From NCBI RefSeq assembly GCF_006345805.1, contig NC_043003.1:112716001-112780000 (forward strand): a DNA stretch of 64,000 nucleotides, read 5' to 3'. Position 1 is the first letter of the stretch, and each line of letters begins with the position of its first letter. Below are positions 52,274 to 64,000 of this stretch, in pieces. The DNA is from Octopus sinensis (lineage: Eukaryota). The position numbers and the translations under genes are program-made. The notes under the pieces are model-generated. The model saw nothing but the letters and a program-made list of their open reading frames with translations. It was not told where the DNA came from and made no database searches.

Positions 52274-52968
52274 GATTGCTTTGCAACATTTTGCAACGCA
52301 GACGTCTGACAAGCTAATGGAAGTAATAAAGGTAGAAGTAAAACAATGTAGCCATTTGATGTCATTGAATGTCTCTGGAAACTACAGCAAAGGATGCTGG
52401 TAACTTCACTGTTTGAGTCGACTTCACAAATGATGCGGCAAGCAATATTCCTCTGCACTTTAGCTATTTGCTTTCTCTGACCTTAAAACTAAATTACATA
52501 TACGTGTGCGTTTGTGTATGAGCGTGTGTATGCATGTTCGTGTATGTGTGTGGGTATGTGGGTGTGCGTGTTCGTGCATGCATGTATGCGTACAAGTGTG
52601 GCTGGATGACAATGTTGGCGTGTCTTTATGTCGCAGTGCATGTGTATTTGTAGCACTCAATACTGTATATATGTACGTCCTGCTGTAGCCCTGCTTCTAT
52701 ATGCTTAACGTACAGACATATGGATGTGTATATTGTATGTTATATATGTATATCTTTACGCGTGTGTACGTGAGTGAATATGAATATGTACGCGTGTGTG
52801 TATAGTGTGTGTATACATACATACATACATACATATATATGTATGTATGTATATATATGTGTATATATATATATATATATGTATTGTATATATGTATGTA
52901 TATATATATATATGTATATATGTATATGTATGTATATATGTATATGTATGTATATATGTATATGTATG

Positions 52969-52999
<31 letters not shown>

Positions 53000-53015
53000 G
53001 TATGTATATATTATA

Positions 53016-53094
<79 letters not shown>

Positions 53095-54001
53095 CAAAGG
53101 GCGAGAGTGATTGTAAAAGTTTCTTTCCATTTTACATTTTATGTATTATACACATGCATTTATAGTCACATTTATATATGTATGTGTAAACACTTGTCTG
53201 ATTTTATATACACACGCGCGCGATCACACAAACACACACAGATATTTATGTATGTATGTATGTATGTATGTATATATGTATCTATGTATCTATGTATCTA
53301 TGTATGTGTATATATAACTATATATTTATTTGCTTTTACTTCGGCGCATTCATTTGTATCGATGTGTGTTTCCGTACGTGAATGACTGAATGACGGAGTG
53401 TCCATCTATTGGTATTTGTTCATTCGTCGCAGCGAATATGTAATATATTTGTAATTCTCCGTAGACATTGTTTTATACGCAGTTTCTAGCACGAACGAAA
53501 ACGGATTCCCATCAACGTGAACTCGTCACTTACATAGCTTCGTGGTTGCAGTTTTAACGTAGGTTCTATTCCTAATTAAGCTATTTTTGTTCATGTATTC
53601 GTTCTGATTACCATTTTAGACCTTTAGACTTCTACGTTACAGTTATAAGCTTGCAGAGAAGGTGCCACGTAGTGGGATTGAACCCAGAATCGTGTGGTTG
53701 ATATGTATGCTTCTTACCATACCGCCAGCCTACGTCTTTATAAACTAATTGCTTAGTTTGTTTTGTTTGATTGGAGATTTTTTCCATATTGGCGCATGTC
53801 CACAACTGATAGAGGAATAATCGAATAAATTAATCCTGGTATTTGACTTCTATTAATTTTTATCGCCCCCAAATGATGACAGGCAAAATCGATCCGGGTG
53901 GGATTTGAAATCAAAACATAAAGACAAGTAACACATTGTGCCGATTCTTCAAACCGTCTTCCTTTCATATCTGTGATATTTATATATTCTTTAGGAATAT
54001 A

Positions 54002-54210
54002 TGAGCTGGCAGAATCGTTAGTACGCCAGGCAAACCGCATTGCAGCATTTCGTCCGTCTTTACGTTCTGAGTTCAAATTCCACCGAGGTTGACTTTACCA
54101 TTCATCCTTTAGGGGTCGGTAAAATAAATACCTGTCGAATACTGGGATTCATGTAATCGACTCACCCATATCCCCAAAATTGCTGGCCTAGTACCAAACT
54201 TTGAAACCAA
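54002..54210 (+). mobile_element. SINE family A (alternative tail)
   Basis: GAGCTGGCAGAATCGTTAG head, tail GGCCTAGTACCAAACTTTGAAACC. Confidence 0.85.
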
Positions 54211-54255
54211 CATTTTAATCCTGTTTTGGGCGGCGAGCTGGCAGAATCATTAGCA

Positions 54256-54825
54256 AGCCATTGGGATATCTGAAGAAATCACGGCTTGCAAAGCGCAAAG
54301 ACGTGGTATGAGCAAACTCCAGAAGTAGTCACCGAGAATGAAAATTGCAAAATCTTGTGGGGTACAATGATTTAGAACAATAACCTGACCAGACATCGGA
54401 AACCGGACATATTGAGGTGAATAAAAAAGAAAGAACATACTTGTTAATCGACATAGCATGTCCCGATGACAACAAGGTCGAAGAGAAAGAAGAAAAACTG
54501 AACAGCTACAACAATTTGAAGTGGGAAATACGAAGGTTGGAGTCAATGAGAGTAGACGTGATACCAATAGTAGTTGGCTTACTTAGAATTATCAGCACTC
54601 AACTACTAACATGGCTCAAAAAGATTGGTACAAACGTAAAGGTAGAACACCGACAGAAATTAGCATTGCAGCATTGCTTTGAACTGCAAGAATTCTTCGC
54701 AAGGTTCTTGAGATATAACCATTAAACAAGTGTCACAGTCTACTGGCTGTAGACAGCTGACACTTTCCATTATACCCAACAAAATAAGCAGAGAGTTTTC
54801 ATCAAATAATAACAAAAATAATATC
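54256..54825 (+). mobile_element. RLE-type LINE 3' fragment
   Basis: LLIDIACPDDNKV..EKL..Y..LKWEIRRL..VIPIVVGLL, ending in AATAATAAC. Confidence 0.8.
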
Positions 54826-54839
54826 AACATTTGGTAGTT

Positions 54840-55220
54840 TAAGGCAAATTTCTAATGCATCACCTGCTACACCTCCGTGTTGCTGGGGTGTGTGCAGAAC
54901 TGTATTTCCTTTTTTGTTGATGGAGGAGTGCAAACTCTTCTCGTTATTGTATTGCGTGAGTTTGTTTTGTTATAAGGTTTGGTTGCAGTCTTTTGTTGTA
55001 TTAGTGTTTGTATTGTGTTGTGTGTGTAATGCCAATGTTTATTCTTTTCTGCTGAGTAACAAGCCTGTTGGTGGCCGTTTATTTTATTGGATATTTGCTA
55101 TATAGTGTGACTTGTGTTTGTGGATTTCCTTTTGTTTGCATTGTATTATTGAATTGATAGTATCTTCCGAAGAATGCGGGCTGTTGCTGTCAGGGCTATT
55201 ATTTGGATAGTGTTCTTATT
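54840..55220 (-). mobile_element. RLE-type LINE extreme 3' end plus UTR
   Basis: Minus strand IQIIALTATARILRKILSIQ*, preceded by (TAA)n. Confidence 0.65.
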
Positions 55221-55959
55221 ATTATTATTATTATTATTATTTGAGTTTAGATTCCGTCGAGGTCGACTTTTCCCTTCATCCTTTCGGGGTCGGTAAAATA
55301 AATACCAGTTGAGCACTTGTTGTTGTTGTTGCTGTTGTTATTTCTCTCGAAGTAAATATCTTTAAATAACCCAGAGTTTATACCCAGAAAGTTTCTCAAT
55401 AGAAGAAGAATTTTTGAGCTAAAGAATAACCAAGAGGTCATCCATTATAAGCCAAAGTTCTTTCATAAAGGTATATTCGAACTGGGCGATTTCTAGAACA
55501 TTTGCATGTTAACAAACCAATGCTTGGAGAACAGAATGAGTTTATACACAATAATTTATGAAAAGGATGGTACTGGATAATGCAAACATGCTGTAGGGGA
55601 AACCATTGCGTTGGACTGATTACAAAATAGCGCCTGCTTCGATTTTCCATTAAGGTGGAAGGATCAGCCTTCTTTTACCATATTATTTTCAATAATGATT
55701 GCCTATTATAAGCAGGAAATTATCCAAACTTTAAGGTCTTCGTAGAGCCAATGATGATGGAAAATTATAAGCAGGAAATAATGTAAGCTTGACAGTCTTC
55801 CTATAGCCAAATAATTTAGTGATATTAATAAGGCAATCTTTAAGTTGGATAAATGAGAGAGAGAGTTTGTGTGAGAGAGAGTGAGAGAAAGAGAGGTGCA
55901 ATTTCAAACCTTGGAATTATTACACTGATATCACAATTGTACATACTCAATTAACCAGT

Positions 55960-56280
55960 CTATATAGATAGATAAGTTCGCTTCCGAACCATCTGGTTTG
56001 GGGTTCAGCACCACTATGCGGAACCTTGGACAAGTATCTTCTATCATAACCACGAGCCGACTAATGTCTTGTGAATGGATTTGCTGGACAAAAACTGCTA
56101 CTTTCACACCCCTAAGCAGCCGGTGTTGTTTTGCTTACATCCTCGTAAAAAGAGATCAATACAATGAATATACAAGATTTAAAAGGACTGGGGTAGACCG
56201 ATTTGTCCAATTCACTCTGCAAGGAGTTGCTCCAGCATGACATGGCTGCATTCCAGTAACTGAAACAAGTAAAAAGAGTA
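55960..56280 (+). mobile_element. Degenerate SINE family B
   Basis: GGGTTCAGCACCACTATGCGG head, GCTCCAGCATG...ACTGAAACAAGTAAAAAGAG tail. Confidence 0.7.
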
Positions 56281-56593
56281 TCAGTTATTGAACACTTGGT
56301 AATAAAATAAAACTTCTTTCTAATCCCTGAGGAGTTTCTATAACATCTGGATGATATGGACAGGGTATGTTTTATAATAGTCATATATATATCGCAAAAG
56401 ATGAAATGGTTGAAATGATTCTGTCTGTTTGTCCAACGAACGCTAAATCCAGAATAAAAGAAATACAATTAAATTAAATACTGAAACAAATACAACAAAA
56501 ACGTAACCACAGCAACGATAAATCGTAATTTGTAAGGAAAAATACTTCTTAATCCTTGAGAGAATACTTCATGTTACACATTAAAAGAAAATA

Positions 56594-56756
56594 GGTGTAG
56601 GCGTGACTGTACGGTATGAAGTTTGCTTCCCAACCACATGGTAACGGGTTCAGTCCCGCTGCATGGCACCTTGGCAAACATCTTCAATTGTAGCCTCGGC
56701 CGATCAAAGAGTTGTGAGTAGATTTGCTAGACGGAATCTGAAAGAAACCCGTCAAA
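56594..56756 (+). mobile_element. SINE family B, 5' half
   Basis: GGTGTAGGCGTGACTGTACGGTATG...GGGTTCAGTCCC...GAAAGAAACCCGTC. Confidence 0.8.
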
Positions 56757-57628
56757 TATATATATATATAATTTTAACCTTTAAAGGGATTTTAATATGC
56801 TGCCACTTTTTGATGAAATCTTTTTCTGAAAAAAATTTCATCCTATATTAATAGTAGATTTATCACCCTTCACTTAGGGACTGGTAACCATTATAAGCTG
56901 TGGTTTGGAATAGTTCACACGTGTGCTGAGGCTAGTTAAAGGATTTTATATTTAGATATAACTGGGGTACTTATGTGTACGCATGACTTTTGCTTCTGCT
57001 TTTTTCCATGGGTGCGTGTAAGTATTTCATTTTATTTCTTTTCGTATTTTCTACTAATGAGAAAAAAATCCATGGGATTAATTCCGAAATTGATTCAATA
57101 TAGAAATAACGAATTTAAAAAGAAATTCTGTTGACTAGCTTCCCGATTTCAGCACGACGTGTATTTATAGTGAGTGTATAATGATATGTGGAAATTTACG
57201 ACTTAAAGTCTGTTATCAGCATATTGGCATGGAAATAATTTTCTTTTGCCCTTGTTTATAAGTTGGTTATAATTTTAACCTTTAAAGGTATTTTGATATG
57301 CTGCCACGTTTTGGTGAAATTCTTTTCTGAAAATATATATATATATATATTATGTGTTTCAGTCTTTAGACTGCGGTCATGCTGGAGCACCACCTTGATG
57401 AATTTTTAAAACGAATGAATCGACTCCAGTATTTTTTTTAACCCTAGGACTAATTCTAAAGATTTCGATGGCCCTACTTATATTGACCATCTGCAATACA
57501 AAAGCCACATGTACTGTTCGAGGAAATTCAAATAATAATAAAACAAAGCCGCAAACTAAACCTGAGGCTAATCTATGGAATATATATCTATAATGTATGT
57601 ATATGTGTGTATGTGTGTGTGTGTGTGT

Positions 57629-57708
<80 letters not shown>

Positions 57709-58157
57709 TATGAAAATGCATGGTTTCTTGTATGAATACTCTTGAGAATATCCACACGCCAGTTTCCAAGATATACTATTTCTCTATTTGCTTTTTTTCC
57801 AGTATTTGTGCTCTTGTTTGGATACTTCAGAAGACATTTAAAAATCTCTCGTTTAAAAGTAAATTCCTTGACCTGTCTCCTAAGAGTCTGTCAGAAGCGA
57901 AAATCTGGATTATGCAAAAAGCTGTATTTATGTATTTATGTTATTTTTATATAGTTTTATCATATGTATGTTAGTTTGATGTGTTTTTCTTTATAAAGAT
58001 CACAGATTATACGGTTGAAGTAATCTGGAATGTTGTTGACGTCATATATCATAGCCTAGTTTTTGCAGACTTCGTGATTAAACCAAGCGAATACATATGT
58101 ATATATATATGTATGTGTGTGTGTGTGTGTGTGTATGTGTGTGTGTGTATGTATTGT

Positions 58158-58233
<76 letters not shown>

Positions 58234-58684
58234 TGTGTGTATATATATACATTTATACACACAAGCATACATAAATATATGTATATTACATGGACACAAT
58301 GGACAAATGCGAGCAATGGAAATAATATTCTTAAGATTATAAACCTGGAAACTTACAAAAGTTATTACATCAAGTAAAAGTACAGAAGAAGACAATTTTT
58401 ACATAAAATATTGCAGCTAGGGATAAAATTTCAAATGAAATATTTAGATTTAGAAAATATTAGCTTTTATTAAAACTAACAATTTTATTACAAGTTATTA
58501 CTTCTATTTGTTATTCTATTAAGAATATTTAAAAAATTAACTCAAAATATGTTTTGCTGTAGTTAAATGATAACGTGTGTATATATATATATATATAAAG
58601 TTAATCCAAACATGAAAACACAACAACGCGAGGACGTTGAACAAGTATAGTGTTATTGGACGCTCAGGAAAGGCAAGAAAGGAG

Positions 58685-58719
58685 ATTTAACGTTTCGAGC
58701 GGAGCTCTTCGTCAGAAAC
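58685..58719 (-). ncRNA. Minimal hammerhead motif, canonical core boxes
   Basis: GTTT-CTGACGA-A-GAGC TCC GCTC-GAAA-CG-TT-AAAT. Confidence 0.7.
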
Positions 58720-58834
58720 ATAGGAAAAGGAAAGATCCAAGGAAGGGAAGACGGAGGAAAAAAATCGCCAACGGCACACTCGCGGTCACATTTTGAATGA
58801 TATAATATATACAGAGAGAGAGGGAGAGAGAGCA

Positions 58835-59055
58835 TATGGTGGGCACTCCGTCGGTTACGACGACGAGGGTTCCACATAGTCTGATCAACGGAACAGCCAG
58901 CTCGTGAAATTAACGTGTAAGTGACTGAGCACTCCACAGACGTGTGGAGATTCAGCGTGACACAGAGTGTGACAAGGTTGGCCCTTTGAAATACAGGGAC
59001 AACAGAAACAGGAAGAGTGAAAGTTGTGGTGAAAGAGTACAGCAGGGTTCGCCGC
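58835..59055 (-). mobile_element. SINE family C, body and tail
   Basis: CAGCGTGACACAGAG...CCCTTTGAAATACAGG..CAACAGAAACAGGAAG shared with 15810-15910. Confidence 0.8.
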
Positions 59056-59059
59056 CCTT

Positions 59060-60430
59060 ATTGTGATGGTTTCTCCATGAGACAGAGATTAAGATCCATT
59101 TTGCCTTGTTTTTTTTTAGGGAATTTTATTTCTGAAGGAGTAATTTTAGTTCTACCTGTGCCCGTAATATTTTCGTCTTCCGATATAAAATGGGATATTC
59201 AGTTTAACACGAGATGGGTAGCAAGAACTTAAAATCTAGGTATTGGTTTATGTCGATTTCCTTACAACAGAGATCAGCTGCAACAGTTTCATTTAAAATA
59301 TCCAAAACTGTAGATTTACTTCCATTCATTGCTACAGAGTTACTGGACTAATTTATGGATGCAATTTTTTTTTAATTTAAGGATTCCCGTCAGTCTTCTT
59401 TACGTCTGATTCAAAATATGAAGCAGTCATCTGGACATCTTTCTTAGTTTTCTTCAAATGAAAATGCTGATCAAAAGTAATGCAAGATCGGGCAAATGCA
59501 GCTGCAATATTCGTGCCTATGGCCGAACCTTTATTTCAAGGTATTATTTGGAATCAAAGTAGCGGTTTTTTTTTAGTACTTATCCTTCTATTATAAACTC
59601 CCGAGAGATTCTTTGTGAATATCTCCTACATTCTGTGTAAGTATACTTATACTTAGAAACCTAATTCATTTTTTGTTTACCGGACTGTTATGTCGGAACT
59701 ATATATTTATATATAAAAGTGAGGTCTGTCTCCTACGATTTAGATTCCTAACTACTCCCACATTTTGCGGTGCAGTTTAACCAAAACCGGGTATCTTATA
59801 GTCGTGATTCATATCGAGCCCTTCTGGGTATTAGCGCGCGTCTACGATGAGTCTACGATTTAAAAAAAAATTTACCATCAATTTTTCCCATTTTTAATGC
59901 ATTTTTGGCATATATAAGGGAAGTAACTCTCTAAAAATTTATTATTAAATCTCAGAACGTAACACCCCCCCCTTTGTGATTAGCCATATTGAGATGGCTA
60001 TTATACTTTACACCTCTAAAAATGCTTATATAGTTATTTCCCTTACAAACCCGAGCAACGCCGGGCGATACTGCTAGTTCTCTATATTCACGCTTTCTGA
60101 AACGTGATTTTGGAAGTGCATTTCACCTTTGATGAAACAAGAAACGAATTTGTGTAATGGTTTCAAAATTATGTCTGGTAAACTGCTTATTGGTTGAGAT
60201 ATTGTTGTTCGTCCTGCAACAATTGGACATAATTTGAAATCAAACAGTTTGAGAATCTTTGCATTCGGTGTACGAAATTATTTTTAAGATGTTATGCATT
60301 TCTTTAAATTTATGAATTTCCAATTGTGTGTGAAAGTTACATGTTGTACCTCAAAATTAGGTAGCCTATGTTCTTTTCCGTTGAATTGTTGTTAGATTGA
60401 TTTGTTGATATACCAATTGTCGATATTTAC
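59060..60430 (-). mobile_element. Decayed Penelope-like element reverse transcriptase, split by a Helitron-like insertion
   Basis: Minus-strand motifs in correct order: AKILK (~PKIHK), LCPIVAG (~LRPIVAG), GSAIGT (~GTAMGT), PDDCF (~YLDDCF), YLD (~PFLD), YRK. Confidence 0.7.
59706..60077 (+). mobile_element. Non-autonomous Helitron-like element
   Basis: Close copy of 47014-47408 with the same hairpin-CTAG|T end. Confidence 0.8.
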
Positions 60431-60449
60431 GATATAACATACATACATA

Positions 60450-60652
60450 TAGGTTTCAAATTTTGGCACAAGGCCAGCAATTTTAGGGAGGAGGTAAGTC
60501 GATTACATGGACCCCAATGTTGAACTGGTACTTATTTCATCGACCTCTTTCAGAGTCTACTGCAGCAGAATTTAAATTCAGAATGTAAGGACGGACGAAA
60601 TGCTGCTAAGCATTTTGTCCGACTTGCTAATGGTTCTGCCTAGTCGTCACCT
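60450..60652 (-). mobile_element. SINE family A (alternative tail), degenerate
   Basis: GGTTTCAAATTTTGGCACAAGGCC tail, GGACGAAATGCTGCTAAGC head region. Confidence 0.75.
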
Positions 60653-61350
60653 TAACATACATATATTATTCAATATGTCTATATGAATATATGAATGTTT
60701 GAATGGGCAGACGGATAGAGGAAAAAGAAGTGTATGTATGTATATGTGGATACTTGCTAGCATGTATACATGGCTGTATGCATATATATGTGTATGCATG
60801 TATATAAGCATGCATGTATGTAAATATGTATGTATACATCTATGTATGCTTGTATTTCTGTATGCACACATGTATGTTTCAATGTATGTATGCATGTGTG
60901 TGCATGAGTGTATGAATGTGAATATATGGAAGCAAGTATGCAATTTATGCCTATGTATATGTGTGTGTATAATTATATGTATATGTATCTACGTACTTAT
61001 GTATGTTTATATGTACGTGTGTACACATTTATATATGTATTTAAGTATGTATGGATGGATGGATGGATGGATGAAGAGGTAAAGAAAAGCATGAGGAAAA
61101 ATTATAAACTAAACACTAAAGGTGAAAAGAAAGAAAATGAATTTAAAAGAAAACTAAAATTAAAATAAATAGTAGAATAACGAGAAATGAGGAAAACTTC
61201 AAAAGAAGCGATGGCATTTCTCTACAACATGGTGAGGTGTTATCTCCAAATATCTTGTACTATCAAAGTCGCAACGGAAACAACAAATAACCGCTTAGGG
61301 AGAAAGAAATTTCTATGATGATAGCAGTAGTAGTAGTAGTAGTAGTAGTA

Positions 61351-61385
<35 letters not shown>

Positions 61386-61415
61386 TAGTAGTAGTAGTGG
61401 TGGTTGTTGTAGTGG

Positions 61416-61452
<37 letters not shown>

Positions 61453-61790
61453 AGTTGTTGTTTTGGCCTGAAGTCGGCATTAATTGAGTATCCCTATGAT
61501 GAAACCCGTTTCAACCGTTGAAATGCAATCGTTTTTGCTTTTCTATTCATTTTCTTTGGAATACAGTGTGTCATATTATATACACTCTGTCTGTTTTGTG
61601 GGTTTTTTTTCTTTGAGACAGTAGTGTGTGGTTTGCGGGAGACTTATGCGTTATGTTTAGCACGTCGAGCAACTGCGTAAGGGCTGTCATCGGTTCGAGT
61701 CCAAGCAAAAGTAACAAAAATCTGAGGTTACTGTTTGCACACATAAACACACAAACACATATGTATACATATATATGATTGCGCATAAGT

Positions 61791-62018
61791 CGGCGAGCTG
61801 GCAGAGTGGTTAGCACGCCGAGCGAAATGCCTAGCGGTATTTCGTCTGCCGCTACGTTCTGAGTTCAAATTCCGCCGAGGTCGACTTTACCTTTCATCTT
61901 TTCGGGGTCGATAAATAAAGTACCAGTTACGCACTGGGATCGATGTAATCGGCTTAATCCCGTTTTCTGTCCTTGTTTGTCCCCTCTGTGTTTAGCCCCT
62001 TATGGGTAGTAAAGAAAT
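61791..62018 (+). mobile_element. SINE family A, full length
   Basis: Near-identical to 4942-5175. Confidence 0.9.
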
Positions 62019-62149
62019 ATATATATGATTGTGCGTCCATACATAGAAATTCCATAGAGCGATCCTTGGATCTTGGTTATAAACCAGCCCTTTCTCTTCT
62101 ATTGGCAAAAATCCTTGCAATAAAATGTACATACATACAAATGTGAGAT

Positions 62150-63985
62150 ACATAAAGATGGGGGATGGAGGAATATGCTGAGCTTTTGCTGATCAAGAAA
62201 AGCGTAACGTCAGAGTCAGCGGTGCGGCATCATAAGAGAAACCTGATGTCAATGTGGTTAAACTATAAGAAAGCTTTTGATTTTGTCTCCCACTCGTAGA
62301 TGTTGGAAGCCTTTCGACTTGCTAAAGTCCCAGATGAAGTCAAAGCCATAACTGGCCTGACTTCATCTTGTACTAACATCTTGAAATTGAAGACAAAGAG
62401 TGATTATATTATCAGTGGTAGAATATAATATCACAGAGATATATTCCAATGAGATAGTCTGTATGTGTAATAATGCTCATACTTTCAGTAAATCCTTTGT
62501 CATTCATGTTAAGGAAATCTAAAGGGAGGAGACAGAAATATCAAGATCACACACTGCTTCTTTGTAGATGATTTAAAGTTCTATGCAGGACATGCATGAC
62601 ATGAAAAAAAACACTTTGACCTGGTTACATTCTCAAAATGATATAGAGTTGGAATTTGGTCGGGATTAGTGTTCCTATATGTTCTTACGAGAGAAACTGT
62701 AAACCAGTCGAGCAACATCTCCCTCAATCACTTAACTGTTTCTTCTATATCTAAAGAGGAATGTTACCGGTACCTAGACGGAGATAAAAATGTACCTTAC
62801 GATGGCATCTGTAACAAGGAACACATCACTAAGGAATGCCAACAATTAAGTTAATTGATTGGATGTACGATGATATATGAACCATTGATGCGTAAACCCG
62901 AAAGAGACTGGCCAACATAAATAGTTTTCACATTAACAATGAGGTAGACTCGCCTCAGCCTAAAACGAAAACGAGGAGGCAGGTGCTTAACACCAAACAG
63001 CTTTTGAACGCCACATCATATTCCTTCGGCAACATCTTTTAACCACCGAGCGTTAAAATGCTTCCATCTACTAAGCCAACAGCATACAAGAAGCAGATAA
63101 AACTCACGAGACTTAGAATGCAGCTCCTCGATAAATTTTACTTCACTGTTAACTTCATGCCCAAAGAATCTGCATTACTCTACCGCAAAATATTATTAGA
63201 TGAAAGGATGAGTGTTTATCACTAGAAGACCTTGCCTGGATATGTTATCAGAAAGATCCAGGATGACGTAATATTAATAATTAAAGCAGTCTATCATGGA
63301 CCAACAACCAGATCACTAACTCTCACTTTAAAGGGTATGCGTTTGTAATCCAGAAATACGAAATAGCAACCAAGTTCCTGATGCTCGAGAGGGACAGGGG
63401 CGTAGCAAAAGCACAAAATGTAATAAATGAAGCAGACAGTTTGTACTTAACACCGAAGATACCATTTACACCATAAGCAATTGTCTGAAAGTATCTTCGC
63501 ACTATTATCTACCGAAGAGATAATGAGATCCTTCAGAAGGATAATCCTGGGGCCAAAAGATAAGAATCTACAGCGTTTAGAAAATATGATCAGTCATAAT
63601 ACGAAAGAATCCTGTGGAATATCCATATCCAAATCTCGATAAAATCCAAACGTAATAAACCAGACACATTTGTTTGGAGCAAAGAGAAACTAAATCGAGT
63701 AACCGAAATCAGTTGACTTGCGGATGTCAACAAAAGCTAAAAAAATCAGCGAAAAAGAAAGCACCTACACTGAACTGTACATTTACTCCGCCCGGATTAC
63801 AAGTTCACATTATACTCGTAATTATTGAGGCACTAGAATACGTAATAAACTGCCTCAGCACCAATCATAAGAAACTTGAATTCTCTAAACCAAAAGTTGA
63901 GAAACCTAATTAGAAGATATTAGAAGATATTTTGACAGTTCTGTCAAAATATCTAAAAAAATTCCATAAGTTTAGCATATAAGCA
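62150..63985 (+). mobile_element. Heavily decayed R4/Dong-like LINE (RT to RLE)
   Basis: WLNYKKAFDFVSHS, DIFQ*DSL, HCFFVDDLKFYA, YRYLD, RKRGGR and NKPD. The 3' part is collinear with 44045-44600. Confidence 0.85.
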
Positions 63986-64000
63986 CGTATGTCAAGAAAA

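Noticed and set aside
61680-61710. GGTTCGAGTCC tRNA B-box-like motif
   Set aside because: No A box or cloverleaf.

Overview
AT-rich, microsatellite-saturated animal non-coding DNA (intronic or intergenic). The repeat families look like those of octopus, but that assignment is inference from recalled SINE/MITE sequences. No intact host protein-coding gene is visible, and nearly all ORFs in the track are microsatellite artefacts. Supported content: (1) four decayed Tc1/mariner-superfamily transposons (a near-complete DD34D mariner, a second older mariner, a DD37D/maT element and a DUF4817-type remnant); (2) a decayed Ty3/Gypsy element with LTR, PBS, gag, PR, RT and RNase H; (3) LINE fragments of RTE, L1/Tx1 and R4/Dong-like RLE type; (4) a Penelope-like RT remnant; (5) Helitron-like non-autonomous elements and hAT/other MITEs; (6) many tRNA-derived SINEs; (7) an orphan ITS1-5.8S rDNA fragment. 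The most notable unannotated signal is about a dozen type I hammerhead-ribozyme motifs with palindromic stem III, on both strands. They include one with a fully canonical core (35164-35255), a U3-A8 core variant (23768-23805), a head-to-tail retrozyme-like array (47602-48260) and fold-back elements carrying a ribozyme motif in each arm. All structures were read by eye and none were computed or tested.
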